Assembly (NCBI GenBank): GCA_050084515.1
Contig: CM114271.1
Location: forward strand, 8,370,001 to 8,434,000
Reading direction: 5' to 3'
DNA length: 64,000 bases
DNA from: Blasia pusilla
Taxonomy: Eukaryota
The notes under the pieces are model-generated. The model was not told the origin of the DNA, ran no database searches, and saw only the letters and a program-made list of their open reading frames with translations. Every line of letters begins with the position of its first letter. The first letter of the stretch is position 1. The position numbers were made by a program, and so were the translations under genes. Shown piece by piece: positions 47,927 to 62,549 of the stretch.

Positions 47927-50900
47927 TGTTGTGCACCAACTCCCCTCGAACGTCAATCTTTAGTGTTGCGAAAGCGAACGTTCAGTAGGACACGCTCTCA
48001 TCGCTGATCTGCACCCAAACACACTCACGTTAGTCTGACCTGGGTCAATCGGCCTTCCAACCCACCGAGTCCTCCACTCGGCACGTCATCAAGTTCAACC
48101 TTCCCTCATTCCTAGCTTCCCAACACGAGCAAGTCTTTCGAGACTTGGGATAAACTTTCTGGTTAGTCTAGGTACCTAAAACGACGTTTGCGCGCCTAGC
48201 GGTCCCAAGTGTCCTTTGGACCTCGCATGAGCTCCCAAATCGAGACAACAAATTATGAGTCGTGGGTTGGAATCCAATAGGGACCTCCAAAATCCACTTT
48301 ATTGGACTTGTGTCGGATTCCGAATCCCAACACCAAGCTCCCGATCCATTCCGTGCCCTTGAGTCACCCCGCGGTACCCCAAAGTGGGGTTTGGGTCCCA
48401 AACACCCTTGGAGATCTTCCCCCTTACTAGTACTTTTGGAGATCCCTGCCCTCCCCCTACCTTTGGGGAGTAGATATCCGGACCCCTCTTTTTGGTCGTC
48501 AACCCGACTCCCCACACAAGTTGTTTCCGGCCAATATCTGAGCCTGTGCTTGTGCGATTGATGAGATCTTTGGTGCGTTAGAACCAACTTTGCATAAGCT
48601 TTCCAACGCTATCTTACTTGTCCCAAATGAATCTTGTAACTAAACGTTATGATAAAAAATACAATCAGAAACCCCAAACGTTAGTCCCGTTCCAAATCCA
48701 GTTCTTACCTTTTGGCCACGTTTCATCCTCGACTTGACTCCTCTCGAGTCAGGGTTTGCGTTTGGTTCCAGTTTCCTTAGTCGCAACCATACACACATTA
48801 AACACTCGAAATGCTAGCCTCGCGTGTGTCTCGCACTTGTGTTTCCTAACTTGTCTCGTCTTGAGACCTCTCCAAAGCGCAAACTATCCTAGCGTGAGCC
48901 CGCTAGATGTCGGATGTTTTGCTTGGTGCTTGTTTGGTTATGAGGGTTGTGACACTCACCCCTCTTTAGAGATTGATGCCCTCATCAACGCAAACCTTCT
49001 AGTGTCAAATCTTTTGCGAAGCCAACCACTTGACATCGAATTATGTTCTGGTAGCTAACCCACAATTCCTTGTTTGGCTTAAGTATTAGGCTTTCACTTG
49101 CAACACTTAGCATCATTTAGCGTCTCCTCTTAAATAAGCCTATATCAATTTTTTGGAACTAACCTAACCTATAAAATAAGCTAAAGTAAGTTTGCTACCT
49201 AAGACTTCTCTGGCTGACATCTCGTAAACATCCCATCTGTTTACAAGATCCACAAGTCATACTACTTTTGGGTGTATTCAACTTAGTTGCGTCACTAAGT
49301 TCACTCATGCATTCACGTGTGAGATCACCCCAAGCCCCAAGACATAGTGATCTGCCCTGCCGATGTTGGGGTGAGCCCAAGTGTTAGTCACCCAACACTT
49401 GGTCTTGTTCTAGGTGCTTATTCAAATACAAGCTCTCACCTCAAATACTCCTTGTCTATCCCCTTGACTTACATCCTAAGCACATGAGGAACTACTCATT
49501 GCCATGCACTACCAACGACAAATTGCAATTAACACAAGCATCGAATCTCCAAATCCATGCATTCCTTCATTGAAACACTAGCTTGTTCTAGTTACAACAG
49601 CCTTTGGCCTAAGCATCCTATGGTTACAAGTCAAGTCCCTAGACTCCGTGTACTAACGCATGTGCTTTTCCTGCATCCGTTTGAAGTCTTGCAACACCTC
49701 TTGCGTCTATTCCAGATCTGCCTCTGTAGTCCAAGTTGCCTCTTTCACATGGTAGCCCTTCTACTTGACTTGACCAAGTAATTGTACTTATTGGCCCTAC
49801 GCCTCGAATGCAAGATGGTCTCCACCTCGAACTCTAGTTCTTCATTCACAATTACCAAATGGGGTCTCAACACCTGTCTCCGCTCGGGATGCACATTATC
49901 GCAAAGATGCAGCAAACCTTGTTTCTTCTCAAAACAAACTATGTTTGCTTGGCAGGTCACACATGTCTTCACATATTGAGCACATCCTCTTTCATGTTGG
50001 TCCAGAAGAAACTCTTAGTCAAAACAACTAGCGTGGATTTCTCCCCTTCATGTCTTGCCAAGGGTTTGTCATGACATTCTACTAACACCTTGGTCTGCAG
50101 CCTGCCTTCGCCCACATAGATCCTGTTCTACTTAAACCTTAACAAGCCATGCCTCAAACTTATGTTGGCTACCTTCTCTCCCTGCTTTAGCTTCCTTAGG
50201 TACTCGCTTGCATGGGTGTCATTCATGTATCCTTCACAAATCCTTGTCTCCAAATCTGTTTCCTTAGGGAACATTGCTCTCAAGATCTGTGTTGTCGATG
50301 GCATGTCCTCATCCCTGCGACTCAACGCATCTGGAATGATATTATCCTTCCTTGGCTTGTGGACTAGTTCCACATTCATCAATGCCAAGGTATCACTCAA
50401 TCCTGGGTCTCAAAATACTTGAGTGATACATTATTGATGAAAACTCGAAACCTATGAAGTCCCAAATAATGACGCCACTTCCTCAAGAAATGGACCACCC
50501 CGAACAACTCTTTCTCATGAGTGGGCCATATTCGTTTAGTGTTGCTAAGCTTCTTGCTCTTGTACGCTACAAGTTTCCCTTCATGTACCAACATTCTTGC
50601 AATCACAAAATCACTAGCATCAGTATGCACCTCAAATGGTTTGTCGAACTCCAGCAACTTTAGCAATGGCTCATGCGATAGGATTTCCTTGACTTGATTG
50701 AATGCCTCATTCTTTTCTTGGGTCCAGGTCCTGTTAGCAAACTTTATGGTCCAATCAATGAGAGGTCTCACTATTCCCAAAAAGTTCCTTACATAAGTCC
50801 GGTAAAATTGAAGCGCACGGATAAACCTCCTCATTCCCTTTACTGTAGAAGGCGGTTTCCACTCGGCGATCACTTTCACCTTTTCCATATCTGGACTAAC

Positions 50901-53405
50901 TCCATCACTGCTAACTTCGTGACCCAAGAACTAGATCTTGCGCAATCGGAACTCACTCTTTTCTGTATTCACATACAACTTGTTCACCCTTACCTTTGAC
51001 AACACCGCTCTCAAATATCGAGTGTGCTCCTCTAGTAACTTGGAATAGATGAGTATGTCATCAATGTAGATGATCACATACTCATCCGTCTCCTTGTGAA
51101 AAATGGAGTTCATCAATGTGGTGAACTTCAGAGGTGCATAACCTAGGTCGAAGGGCATCACTACAAACTCAAATGAGCCACATTTTGTCCTACACGCAGT
51201 CTTCTCCACATCCGCTTTGGAAATCCAAATATGGTAATATCCTGACTTCAAGTCAATTCTACTGAAGTACTTTGTCCTTGAAAATCTATCGAAGAGATCA
51301 TCAATCCTCAGAAGAGGGTAATTTTTTCTCACCGTCACTGTATTTAGCGCACGGTAATCAACACACAGTCTCATCTTCCCATCCTTCTTCTTCACAAAGA
51401 GAATAGTCGATCCATACAATGACTTGCTAGTCTTGATGTAGCCCTTCTCTAAGAGCTCACTTAACTGCTTTTTCAACTCAACAAGTTCCTCCTAATTCAA
51501 AATTTTATGGGGCCTTTGAAGGTGGTTGAGAGTCGGGGATGACCTCTATCTTATGATGGACTACTCTATGTGGTGGAACTCATTCAGAGACTCATTCGTC
51601 AAGACAACACCAAATTCCTTTACTACTCTTTGGAGAAGTTCTGGGATTCCCCTCAAAGAAGAGTCATGATCTGTGAGTCTTTCACTTGTAGCCTCCTCTA
51701 CCTATCTCATCAAGAAGAGAAATCCATCTTCCAACTCGATCAAACTCCTCCTCGTAATGGCATTCACCAACTCCTTTCTCACAAGAACCTCACCTGCAAC
51801 CATTTGCCTTTCACTAAGACACTCAACCTCAATGGTCTTCGCGTGAGCTCCACCTCATACGCATCCAAGAATGTATTACCGAAGACCCCATCAATACCAT
51901 CGATCTCGCAAAGGGTGAAATTCTCCTTCAACTCAAATACATCCACAGGTCAACTCGGAAGTCCGATGAGACTTGCCACCAGCAAAGCCTTCTCGGATGG
52001 GCTCGTCCCGCCTTAGAGATTGACAAACCCAGCTCCTTCATGATTCTCAGACTCAAGAAGGAGAGAAAAGCACCTGTATCCATGAGCAACATCACATCGC
52101 GATCAACAATCTTGGCATCTTAGGTACACCAAATTGGGCGTCCTCTTGGTGACTTGAAGGCACATCTGCAGACCTCCCGCCGACAAATTCTTAGCAGAAA
52201 ACACAATCATACTCCCATTCCTAACCTTTGTCTTGGAGCATATTTCTTCCATGTGCTCAGATTTGCCACAGTTGTAGCATATCACCTTGCCATTTTTTGA
52301 CTTTGGATGCTACGCTCCTTTTGACTTTGCGTGGAGTTCCACTCGTTTTGCTGGCGGGGTAAGACACTCTCCTTGGTCATGCTCATCCCCACTCCAGACC
52401 CTATTAGATGGTCCTTTGTTCTTCGGATTCTTTGAAAAACCTTTACGCTCATAGGGCCTTGGTATCTCGACTTCATTGTCCCCAATCCGCTCCGCCCGCT
52501 TCAAAAGTTCCGCGCACGTATTCGCTGACTCCGACATTTTGTAGAGGGCCTTCTCTGCACTCGGCTTGAGTCCACTAAAGAAGATCACCTTATTTGCAAA
52601 CTCATCCATCTGAGGCAGTGAGTTCAAATTTATACTGAACTCCCTACCATAAGCGCTTAGAGATCCACTCTGTCGTAGTCGCACAAACTCAACACCATCC
52701 CAAAACTCCTGATACTTTCGAGTGAATCGGTCACCAATCAACACCTTAAACTCCTCCTAGCTTAGAGATGAACCACTAGCCTGATGTTCTTCACAATGAG
52801 CCGTCTACCACTGAAGCGCATGATCCTTAAGGAATGTAACCACCACCGTCACCTTATCCTCTTCCGCTGCCCTTTCAAACTCAAAGTAGAGTTCTAATTC
52901 CATAAGGAACCCCTTTACTTTCCAAGACCGCCCCATTCTTATGAATGGTGTGTGAAAATTGGTCTTGCACAACTTTTTTCTGGAACTCAAAACTCGATCC
53001 GACTCACGCCTGGAAATCTGCTTGGCTTTTTTTGATCATTTGCTTGGTCATCATCTTCATCAAGTCCATCATTTGGGCATACAATGCCGGGTCACTTGAG
53101 TTTGGAGCCGATGGCCCCGCGGAAGGATAAGCATTTGGGACGCCCTCATGTCTAGGGTTGGGCATTTCGATAGTCACCGTCTTGACTTCTGGCTCTTGGT
53201 CCGGCACCAGTTTGTCTCTCGGCTTTTTTTGCTTGACTCGGCGCTTCCGTGGTTCTTCGCCCTCGGTCACCATCTTCAAGCCCGCTTCACTCAGATCTCC
53301 TCCTTGTTTCTTGCGTCCCTCCCCAAGCGTCTAGGCCTTGCCGCTGCCTTGGGTTTTTCCCAAGCGTTCGGTTACTCCCACAACCCCAAGTTCTTGCTCA
53401 CCAAG
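47927..53405 (-). mobile_element. Chromovirus (Ty3/gypsy), degenerate, 5' end interrupted by element B
   Basis: gag about 53279-52100 (FLKDHALQW, LRQSGS, CYNCGKSEHMEEIC), protease LMDTGA near 52080, RT 51476-50931 ([28 protein letters not shown]), RNase H (FEVHTDASDF), integrase zinc finger with the core deleted, chromodomain near 49830-49700, PPT, 3' LTR 48954-47927 (TGTCAC...CACAACA). Confidence 0.93.
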
Positions 53406-56400
53406 TGTAGTGCCCACCTTTTTGAAATTTTGATAAAGAAGTCCATTTTTGTATAGAATTGTAGTGAAATCTTCATTGAGTGAAGACTAAAGACTCAATA
53501 TCGGAGGTAAAGATGTATTCTTTATAGAAATCGTGTGGAAACAAGAAATGACATAACTCTGATGAAAGGACAAGAGATAGGAAGAGATTAGGGACTGTCT
53601 TGGAGGAGTGAGACTTGTGTAAAAGTAGGAAAAGAGTGGGAAAGAAGTAAGAGTAAGGGGCGTGGGTACTTCTCAGGGAAAACCGCAGTATAAATAGTAG
53701 TGAAGACTATCAATGAAGACTATAAAAGACTTCTTCTTTGCCGCAGAAGATCCAAGGGAGTCTTTGTGTGAAGACTGTGAACGAAGATCAAAGACTTAAA
53801 AATCCAAGAAGGAAGAGGAAGAGGAGAGAAAAGAGTCTTCACAAAGCAGAAAGATGTACGAAGAATAGGAATAGAAAGAGAAAGAATGTTTTGGGAAGGA
53901 AGTGGATCGAAAGGAAGTCGCGAGGAGGACTCTTCGCAGCGGCATGAGGATAAGAGTCTTCCCGAAGATAGGATAGGGAAGATTGCAAAGACTGCGAAGA
54001 TTGTAAATAGTAAACCGTCGCGGCGGTTAGAAATGAATAGGCGCAATGGTTCAGAAGGAAGCATAAATGAATCGCCAGGGCAACCAACCGACCTAAAGGA
54101 AGTGAAGGGTTGGAGGATCTAAACCTCCAGATTGACAGCTAGAAATCTAGAGTAGAATAGGAAGAGCAAGGAATTGTAAGAAACTATTTAAAGAATAGAG
54201 CAGAAGAACAAGGGGTCATTCCTTGGTATCTTGAGTTTCCCAGTACTTTTGTTGGATTTTGTGAGGAGGTCTTTAGGGGATGATCCAAGCCAAAGAGTCT
54301 TGTAACCTCGGAAGCTTCTAATAATTTCTAGTTCTTTCCACTCTTTGATGCAGTAGAAGTGTCTTCTCTCATGCTTTCTGATGTGCGGAGTTGAATGCAA
54401 ATCTTATTGGGCTGCAGTTTGGAGTACTATGGATGAGAGTTGAGTCTTTGGTTTTAGGATTCCAAAAGATAATCAAGAAGAGCATAGGAAAGTTGTTAGA
54501 CAGTGAGTAACGTGCCATGACAGATTCAATTCTTAAAGTAGGGTGAGCCGCTACCTTCTTGAGGTCTCTTTGAGATCTTTGTTGGAACTTTGTTATCCAA
54601 GATTTGCAAAAGTCTTTCTCTGCACTTGAGAAGAGTCTTGTCCAAGAGAGAAGAAAACCATTTGATCTTTTGTACTAGTGAAGTTACTATAGTTGTAGTT
54701 AGTTAAGTACTTAGTGAAGAAGTAGTTAGTCTTTATATTTCTTATAAAACCTGTCTTTACTCAAGATATAGTGATCCCTTGGGAACGAACTTAATACTTT
54801 TTGATTAAAAGAGTACCTTTTTTCCTTGAGTTGTACATTACATAAGGAAGTACGTAAGGGAATTTTGGCATCGCTGCCGGGGATCACCAGATCTCCCAAG
54901 CAAGGAGAGGTAGCCTGAGAGTGGGGTATGGGAGAAGAACAAGTCGCCGATCCCCCACTTGGCGTTGGTGTTGGACGGGTACTGTTGGCAGAGGATTGTC
55001 CCGCATAGAGGGTACCATGGAAATAGGCAGTTCATCCAAAAAGAATCTTCATTCCCATGGAGTGGAGCCTTGCGTGCTGGGTGAGGCGCTTTGCAAGGAG
55101 ATCTTTGGAAGTTTTGGATGGATTGGGAAAGAAGTCTTGAGACGCACTAGTAGAGAACTAAAAGACAAAGAAGAGAAAGAGAAGAGCGATATGCGTGTAA
55201 ACCATCAGGGAGACCTGCAAAGAATTTTTCTCCTCTTCTATTGAAGATTGAGTTACAATCAAGCTCATGAGACACCTGAACTGCTATATTTGGTACTCAC
55301 AAAAATTAGGGAAGCTTAATCTTGTTTAGTCAGTTAAGCACGATTATCTTAACTAGGATTAGTTAATCACAGTTAGTCTAACTCGAGACTATGGTTAAGA
55401 GTAGGGTTAGGGTTGCTTGTACATACCCTATATAATTGAGAAGAGGATCAGCCTCCACTCATTCTCTCATTGCAAATTTCGTTCTCCATGGTGGTGTGTA
55501 TGTGTGTGAGAGCCATTTTCCACGAGTTGTGCTTGTTTAGCAGTTTTTCCAGATGGTATCACAGCGGGAGGAGAACATCACTTGAAATTCTTGATGTTTG
55601 AAGAGAGAAGAAAGGCAAGAGAAGGCACAATTTAAGTTTGGGAGAAGGAAATTTTATTCAGAGCTCAGTGGGTGCAGATTTCAGATGGAGCTTTGACGGT
55701 GATAAAACTTTGCAGGCATTTTTTAGGGCTTTCTCGGTCGATTAAGCCGTTTGGGTCCGCTTAGGCTAGAAAAAAACAAAAGATAGTTCTAGCCACCTTA
55801 TTGAGCTCGTCAAGAGCTTTCCAACGCACCCAATATTGCTCGATTCAGACATTCTAAGCTCGTGCAGTAGCAATTTCAGTGTAGGAAAGTACAATTAGTG
55901 AAGAAAAGTTGTGCACTTTGCTCTATACAAGCCAATTTCGACTAGTTATTTCATATAGTTGATCAATTTTGGCAAATTTAAGGTCGATTTCTGTGTAGGA
56001 GTGGTCTATGCTTCAATTGGAGCAGTAGAGAGCCTGAAATTACGTTTTTGTGAATGAAGTCGTTTATCATGGAGTATTCCTCAACAACAATCACAAGCGA
56101 GAAGCTAGACAAGCAAAATTACAATGTCTGGAAGTTTTGCATGAAAAAATTTCTCATGGATCAAGAACTATGGGAGCTTGTCACAGGTAATGAGGCCAAG
56201 CCAGAAGGTGACTCAACAGACTTGAATGTTCGCGCTTGGAACAAATGCGCAAGGCAAGTAATCCACTACATTTCAATAACGATCAGTTCGCCAATGATAG
56301 GTCACATCCAAGATGTTGATATTCCGAAGGAGGCCTGGGATGCATTGGAAAAGTTGTTCCAGACATCTACAAAGGCCAGAAAGATTCAATTGAAATATCA

Positions 56401-59400
56401 ATTGAACGAAGTGAGGAAAGGATCGTAGAGCATCAATGATTATATTTTGAGTATCAGACATATTGTTCATTAGTTGAATAGGATTGGAGTCACAATAGAA
56501 GATGATGATCTGATTTTATTCACTCTTCAAGGCCTTCCAAAGGATTACAAGTCCTTTGAAACCTCTATCTCTATGAGAGAGAAGTATCAAACCTTTCAAG
56601 AGTTAGTTCCTCCGTTGATCGGTGAAGAGATGCGCCTAGTAGGCAGCGGTAGCTTGTCTAGTCTGCAAGAGAGTGCGCTATTTGCAAATTATGGATCAAA
56701 CACAGGCAGGGGTCCTGGAAGAAACTTCCATGGTCGTGGTGGATATCAAGCATATGGAGGAAGAGGCACACAATATAACGTCACTCCATCAACTACGAAC
56801 CAGTACCACACACAATCACAAGGTGGTGATGGTGGAAACCGTTGGGATCGAGATCAGCAGCAAAGGGTCCCTGGATCTTGCAATTATTGTGGGATAAAGG
56901 GTCACTATGCAAAGTTTTGCTTCAAGAAGAAGGCACATATGAGAACAGGAGCCTTATAGCAATAAAACTATGTGGAGTAACAACACCAAGAGCATTACCA
57001 AGAACAACAACATTCACAAGCGGAGCACCTTTTGGTCATGACTCATCATATGGGAGCAATGGTCAAGAAAGACTCAACAATAGATTGGTACATTGACTCT
57101 GGTGCATCAAATCATATGACCTCACAAGCAAAATAGTTCAATAGTTTGGAGCCGGTAAAAGATCTTGCAATTGTGGTGACAGAAGATGGCACTCAACATC
57201 ATATCACGCATACCGGTAAAGTTCCAATAGCATCAAATGGTATTTTTACTCTTGGAAATGTTCTCTATGTTCCTACCATTGCAAGAAATCTGATCTCTGT
57301 AGAACAGATAGTAGAACACGGTTATCAAGTGAAGTTTAACGCAAATGGTTGTTTCATTGAAACAATGGATGTCCAGACTACGATAGCCAAAGGAACTAGA
57401 TCTGGCAGAATGTTCAAATTAGATGTTTCTATGCCAAAGATTCAAACAACAATGTATGGTCAAATCGGCCAACAAGTCACAAATCTAAATATGTGGGATA
57501 AAAGAATTGGACATATGAATCTTCAAAGATTACAGAGTCTTTCATCATCTAATATGGTAATAGGACTCCCTAAATTAGCGAGTCCCGCTACGTTAGAGGT
57601 ATGTCCTTCTTGCCAATTTGGAAAATAAGCTAAATTTCCTTTTCCAAAGCAAGGTAGAAGAGCATCCAAGATATTGGAGTTGATCCATAATAATATGTGG
57701 ACAACATCACAACATAGTCTTAGTGGTTTCCAATACTTTGTTTCTTTTATTGATGACTTCTCTAGGTATATATGGGTATACTTTCTGAAAGCCAAGTCAG
57801 AGGTATTCTCAATGTTCCAAACATTCAGAGTTCTAGTAGAGAAGCAGAGTAGACAACACATTTTGAAATTGCGTTGTGATGGAGGAGGAGAATATCTTTC
57901 AACAGAGTTTGATGACTATTTACGTGAGAATGGCATCCAACGTCAAGTGACTTGCCGTTACACTCCACAACAAAATGGAATGGTTGAGAGGAAGAATCAA
58001 CATATTGCTGAAGCGGCAGGAGCTATGCTGAATGAGAGGAACATGCCTAAGGTGTATTGGGCAGAGGTTGTAGCATGTGTAGTCTTCTTAATCAACCGAA
58101 CTCCAAGAACATGAGTTCATGATAAAACTCCATTCAAAGTCTTCACAGGAAGTAAAGCTGATTTTTCCTTCTTGAAAGTATTTGGCTGTATTTGTTATGC
58201 TCATGTTCCTTCTAAGAGACGTCAGAAATTAGACCCCAAGTCTGAAAGATGCATCTTCATTGGATATGCTGATGGAACTAAGGGATATAAGTGTTACATT
58301 CCATCCTCTAGGCAACTTATTATTAGTCAGGATGTTGTCTTTGATGAGCTAAAGTCATGGTTTGCTCTATTTGAGCCTATTCCACCTCTAAACTTGCTTG
58401 TTGAGGGGGAGAATATGACTATAATCCAATAGACATTGTCTTCAACTTCCCCAAGTACTAGTGTAGGATTAGGAGAGGTCCTAGATTCATCAGTTAAATC
58501 TGTGAGTCCATGGACGGGAAGAGTACATATTCAGTATGTTGACACTAGTCAGAGCTCGAGTCAAGTGTACGAGGCATCTACCTCTGAACAACAACTTGGT
58601 AGATCAAGTAGAGTTACACATCCAGTTCATAGATTCATAAATGAAGGTTTCCTTGCGACACATCATGCATATTTGATGACTACCCTTCAAGAGCAAGAGC
58701 CGAGTTGTTTTGAAGAAGCTGTGAGTAAAGCCGAATGGATTGAAGTTATGGAGGAAGAGCTTGTTGCATTAAGACATCAACAAACATGGAAGCTGGTTGA
58801 TATACCTTCTGGTAAGGAAACTATTGGTTGCAAATGGATTTACAAAATCAAGCGCAATCACGATGGTACAATTAACAGACACAAAGCGAGATTGGTGGCT
58901 AAGGGCTATGCATAATAATATGGTATCGATTATGAGGAAACATTTAGCCCTGTTGCAAAGATGGCGACTACGAGAACAGTGGTTACAGTTGCAGTAAGTA
59001 AGAAATGGACATTACATCACATGGACATCAAGAATGCCTTCTTGAATGGAGATCTATACGAGGAGGTATATATGACTCAACCACCTGGATATAAGCATAC
59101 CAAGCTTCCATTTTGTGTATGCAGGTTGAAGAAAGCTCTATACAGGCTCAAACAAGCTCCAAGAGCTTGGTATGGGAAGATTACATACGTCCTACAAGAT
59201 TTGGGTTTTAGGTATGTGATTTTGACTCCTCGTTATATGTCTTGAGAGGACAAGATCATACAGTTCTCATTGTATTGTATGTTGACGATCTATTGATTAC
59301 TAAGAGTACTGAAGAAATGGTAGAACAAGTCAAGCTTAAGTTACAAGCAAAATTTGATATGAAGGACTTGGGAGAACTCAAGTACTTCCTTGGTATTGAG

Positions 59401-62400
59401 TTTATCAAGGTTGGAGAGAGCATGTGGTTACTACAAGGACAATATGCTCTTCATATGCTTTTAAAATATGGTATGACGGCTTGTAAGCGAATCTCTACAC
59501 CGTTGGACCAAAGCGTGAAGCTAAGAGTGGATGAAGGAGGGATGCTTGCAGATTCTAATATGTATAGCGTATGGTTGGAAGTTTGATCTATCTAACTATA
59601 ACCAGACTAGATTTGAGCTATGCTGTTGGCCTAGTGAGCCAGTTTATGCAAGCATCTCGAAAACCTCACCTTGATGCTGTGGGGAGGATTATGCGATATG
59701 TGAAATTCTCTATTCAATCCGGGCTTCAATTTGAACCTTCTGCAAGTTTTCAATTATAAGGATTTACAGATGCTGATTGGGCAGGAAGCTTGTCTGATCG
59801 ACACTCCACATCTGGTTATTCATTTACTTTGGGAAGCGCAGCTATAAGTTGGGCTTCAAAGAAGCAATCTATAGTTGTTTTATCTTCAACAGAGGCGGAG
59901 TACAGAGGAGCAACCAATGCAGCATGTGAGGCGGTGTGGCTTCATCAATTACTTGTTGAGATTGGTGTTAGCAACTTAGGACCTAGTGTAAAATATGCAG
60001 ACAATATTAGTAGCATCAAGCTTGCTAGTAACCCTGTGTTTCATGCTTGTACAAAGTATGGTGAGGTGCAATATCATTTTATTAGAGAAAAAGTGCTTGC
60101 ACGAGAAATTGATCTTGTGTATATAGATACAGATCAGAAAATTGTTGACATCTTTACAAAGGCATTGTCTAGAGATAAGTTTGAGATGTTTAGAAAGGAT
60201 TAAGACGTTAGAGATATCAATATGAGCTTGAGGGGGAGTATTGAAGATTGAGTTATAGTCAAGCTCATGAGACACCTGAACTGCTATATTTGGTACTCAC
60301 ACGAAGTAGGGAAGCTTAATCTTGGTTAGTTAGCTAAGCACGATTATCTTAATTAGGGTTAGTTAATCATAGTTAGTCTAACTCGAGACTATGATTAAGA
60401 GTAGGGTTAGGGTTTCTTGTACATACCCTATATAATTGAGAAGAGGACCAACCTCCACTCATTCTCTCATTGTAAATTTCATTCTCCATGGTGGTGTGTG
60501 TGTGTGAGAGAGCCGTTTTCCACCAGTTATGCTTGTTTAGCAGTTTTTCCACATCTCCGACCAAAGCTTCTTGGGCGAAGACAAAAAAAAGAAGAAGTCC
60601 CAACGAAGACAGACCGAGAAGAGGAGTGAGATCCATCCGGCCACAATAGCTCGGATAGAGAGAAGGATCACAATACCAAAGGGAACTTGCCTTCCCTCTC
60701 ACATGGCGGAAGTCCTATGAGTAGTGAAGACAACAAAGTACCAATGGCACACTCACAGAAGTCGCTGCTGAGGTACCCCACCTTTGCACGAAGCAAGCGA
60801 GATGATACAGATGAATTTATTCTAGAGTTTACCCACGTAGCAAAAGCGAATGGAGAAGGATCGGAGGAGGATCTTCTTAGAGTCTTTCCTGGACTCTTAA
60901 AGAAGTGTGCCAGTTAGTGTATGAGGGGATAGAAGCAAAATACCTAGAAACAATGACAGTTGCTAAAGAGTCTCTCCGCCCCCTACTATTGTAGAGGGCG
61001 GAGAGACTCATTAGCAATTGTCATTGCCTCTGCAAAAGCCTACGAGGCTTCGGAAAAATTCAAGAGGACGCAGAAGAAAAGACACCAAAGGAAGCGGACT
61101 AGCTCTTCATCCGAAGAGTCTTTGTCTTTGTCCAACTCTTCAGAGACTGTGTTGGGCAGTACTAGCAAAGATTGGGAGTCTAAGGAAGACTCCAAGGGCA
61201 AAAGCAAGAAGAAAGCAAGATGTCCAAAATGGTCTTTATCCTCAGGGAAAGGGCGTAAGGACAAGAGTGTGAGGCCGAAGAGCCGCAAATCACTGAGCCC
61301 CGTCCGCAAGACCAAGAAGGATGAGGAGAAGTCCGCCATCAGTGAATTGATGAAACAAATGGCCAAATTGAAGGTACACCTTGCGGCCCAGAAGGATCCT
61401 AGAAGAAGGTCGAGACTTTTGCGGCCTAACATATGGTGTAGTTCATGTGGAATGCAAGGGTATACAGTGCAAGAGTGCCCACTCCAACAAGATTTACCTT
61501 GGGTACAAGAAGACCCGTCTATGGAGGAGGGATGGTATGAAGCAGATTAGTGGTAGGGATGCTACACGGTCCAAGCATTTCCAAGGGCTAGTGCTCCTCG
61601 AAGCTGGATTCCCATATGTATACCGCCCAAGTATGGAGAGCAGAGGCCTCTACGACAGATTATGGGACCATAAATGTTCACCCCATCTTTCAAGAGAAAT
61701 TGTTGCTATAGTTGCGGGGCAGCCAATCAGTGGGCGAATAATTATCCAAACCCAAAGAGACCAATGGGGCTTAACCCCCTCTGTGGCAATTGCAATAAAG
61801 GAGGACACACTGCGGTGGAATGCTCAGAGCCTCAAGTTCCAAGGCTTTTGGTCAAATATGTAACTACTCCACCTGCGCCGGTAGAAGCCAAGAATGAGGT
61901 TAATGTGCAGCTAGTAAGAGTAAAAGATGTCATGTCACCAAAGGAGATCAAGAAGGTGAGCATTAAGGAAGAGGGATCTCCGATGAAGACTGATGAAGAG
62001 TCCTCAGATTGGCCTGAAGACATCCTCAATGAATCTTTGCAGTTGAGACACGGTCGAAGACCAAACAGACTGCAAGTGCGAAGACAAAAGAGTCTTCGTC
62101 TTCACAAAGTAAACCGGCTACGAAGAAGACAGCCGACATGTTTTGAGCAAGGAAGGTGATTTTGAAAGGCAACAAGGACCTGGATTTTGGTCGTAATCAT
62201 CCAAAGTATTCCCATCATGAGATGGAGGAGCAGGTCCGCAACCAAGTCCATGAAGAGCGAACAAGTGGAGCCTTACCTAAAGAGTCCTCGACCAAGCAAG
62301 AAGAACCAAGGGTGGAGACCTTGGTTGCTTCCCCTCTGGTGATGGAGGCATATGACTTGCAACCAGTTTGGCAAACATATCACCATTATAGCTACTCATG

Positions 62401-62549
62401 GATAATCCCATTTATGGGAAGATTTTGCAACAGTGGAAAGTGGGACGCAAGAAGAAGATAGGAGGAAAGAAGCTCCCAATGGTGGATCTGTTCCGCGTAG
62501 AGGTTGAAGACCTTAGAGCCTCAAAGGTGGGAAGTGGAAATTGAAGTGC
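53406..62549 (+). mobile_element. Athila-like Ty3/gypsy element B: 5' LTR, PBS and gag, interrupted by copia copy 2 and cut off by an inverted LTR
   Basis: LTR 53406-54842 (TGTAGTGCCCACC...GTACATTACA, ends similar to element A LTR), PBS TGGCATCGCTGCCGGGGA at 54866, gag 60687-62460 closely similar to element A (LLRYPTFA...FTHVAKANGEGS, LKVHLAAQKDP, FTPSFKRNCCYSCG...CGNCNKGGHTAVEC). Confidence 0.88.
55239..60553 (+). mobile_element. Full-length Ty1/copia retrotransposon (copy 2), degenerate, 5315 bp
   Basis: Two 315-bp LTRs (55239-55553, 60239-60553), PBS TGGTATCAcAGC, gag (EKLDKQNYNVW, CNYCGIKGHYAKFC), protease, integrase, RT (LYVDDLL), RNase H, PPT GAGGGGGAG, 5-bp TSD-like flanks TCTTC / TCTCC. 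Confidence 0.97.

Noticed and set aside
54866-54883. tRNA-like sequence (also 9653, 25615, 55554)
   Set aside because: Only 12-18 nt complementary to tRNA 3' ends next to LTRs; these are primer-binding sites, not tRNA genes.
55401-55414. TAGGGTTAGGGTT as an interstitial telomere
   Set aside because: Only two units, and it is a fixed part of the copia LTR also present in the 3' LTR.
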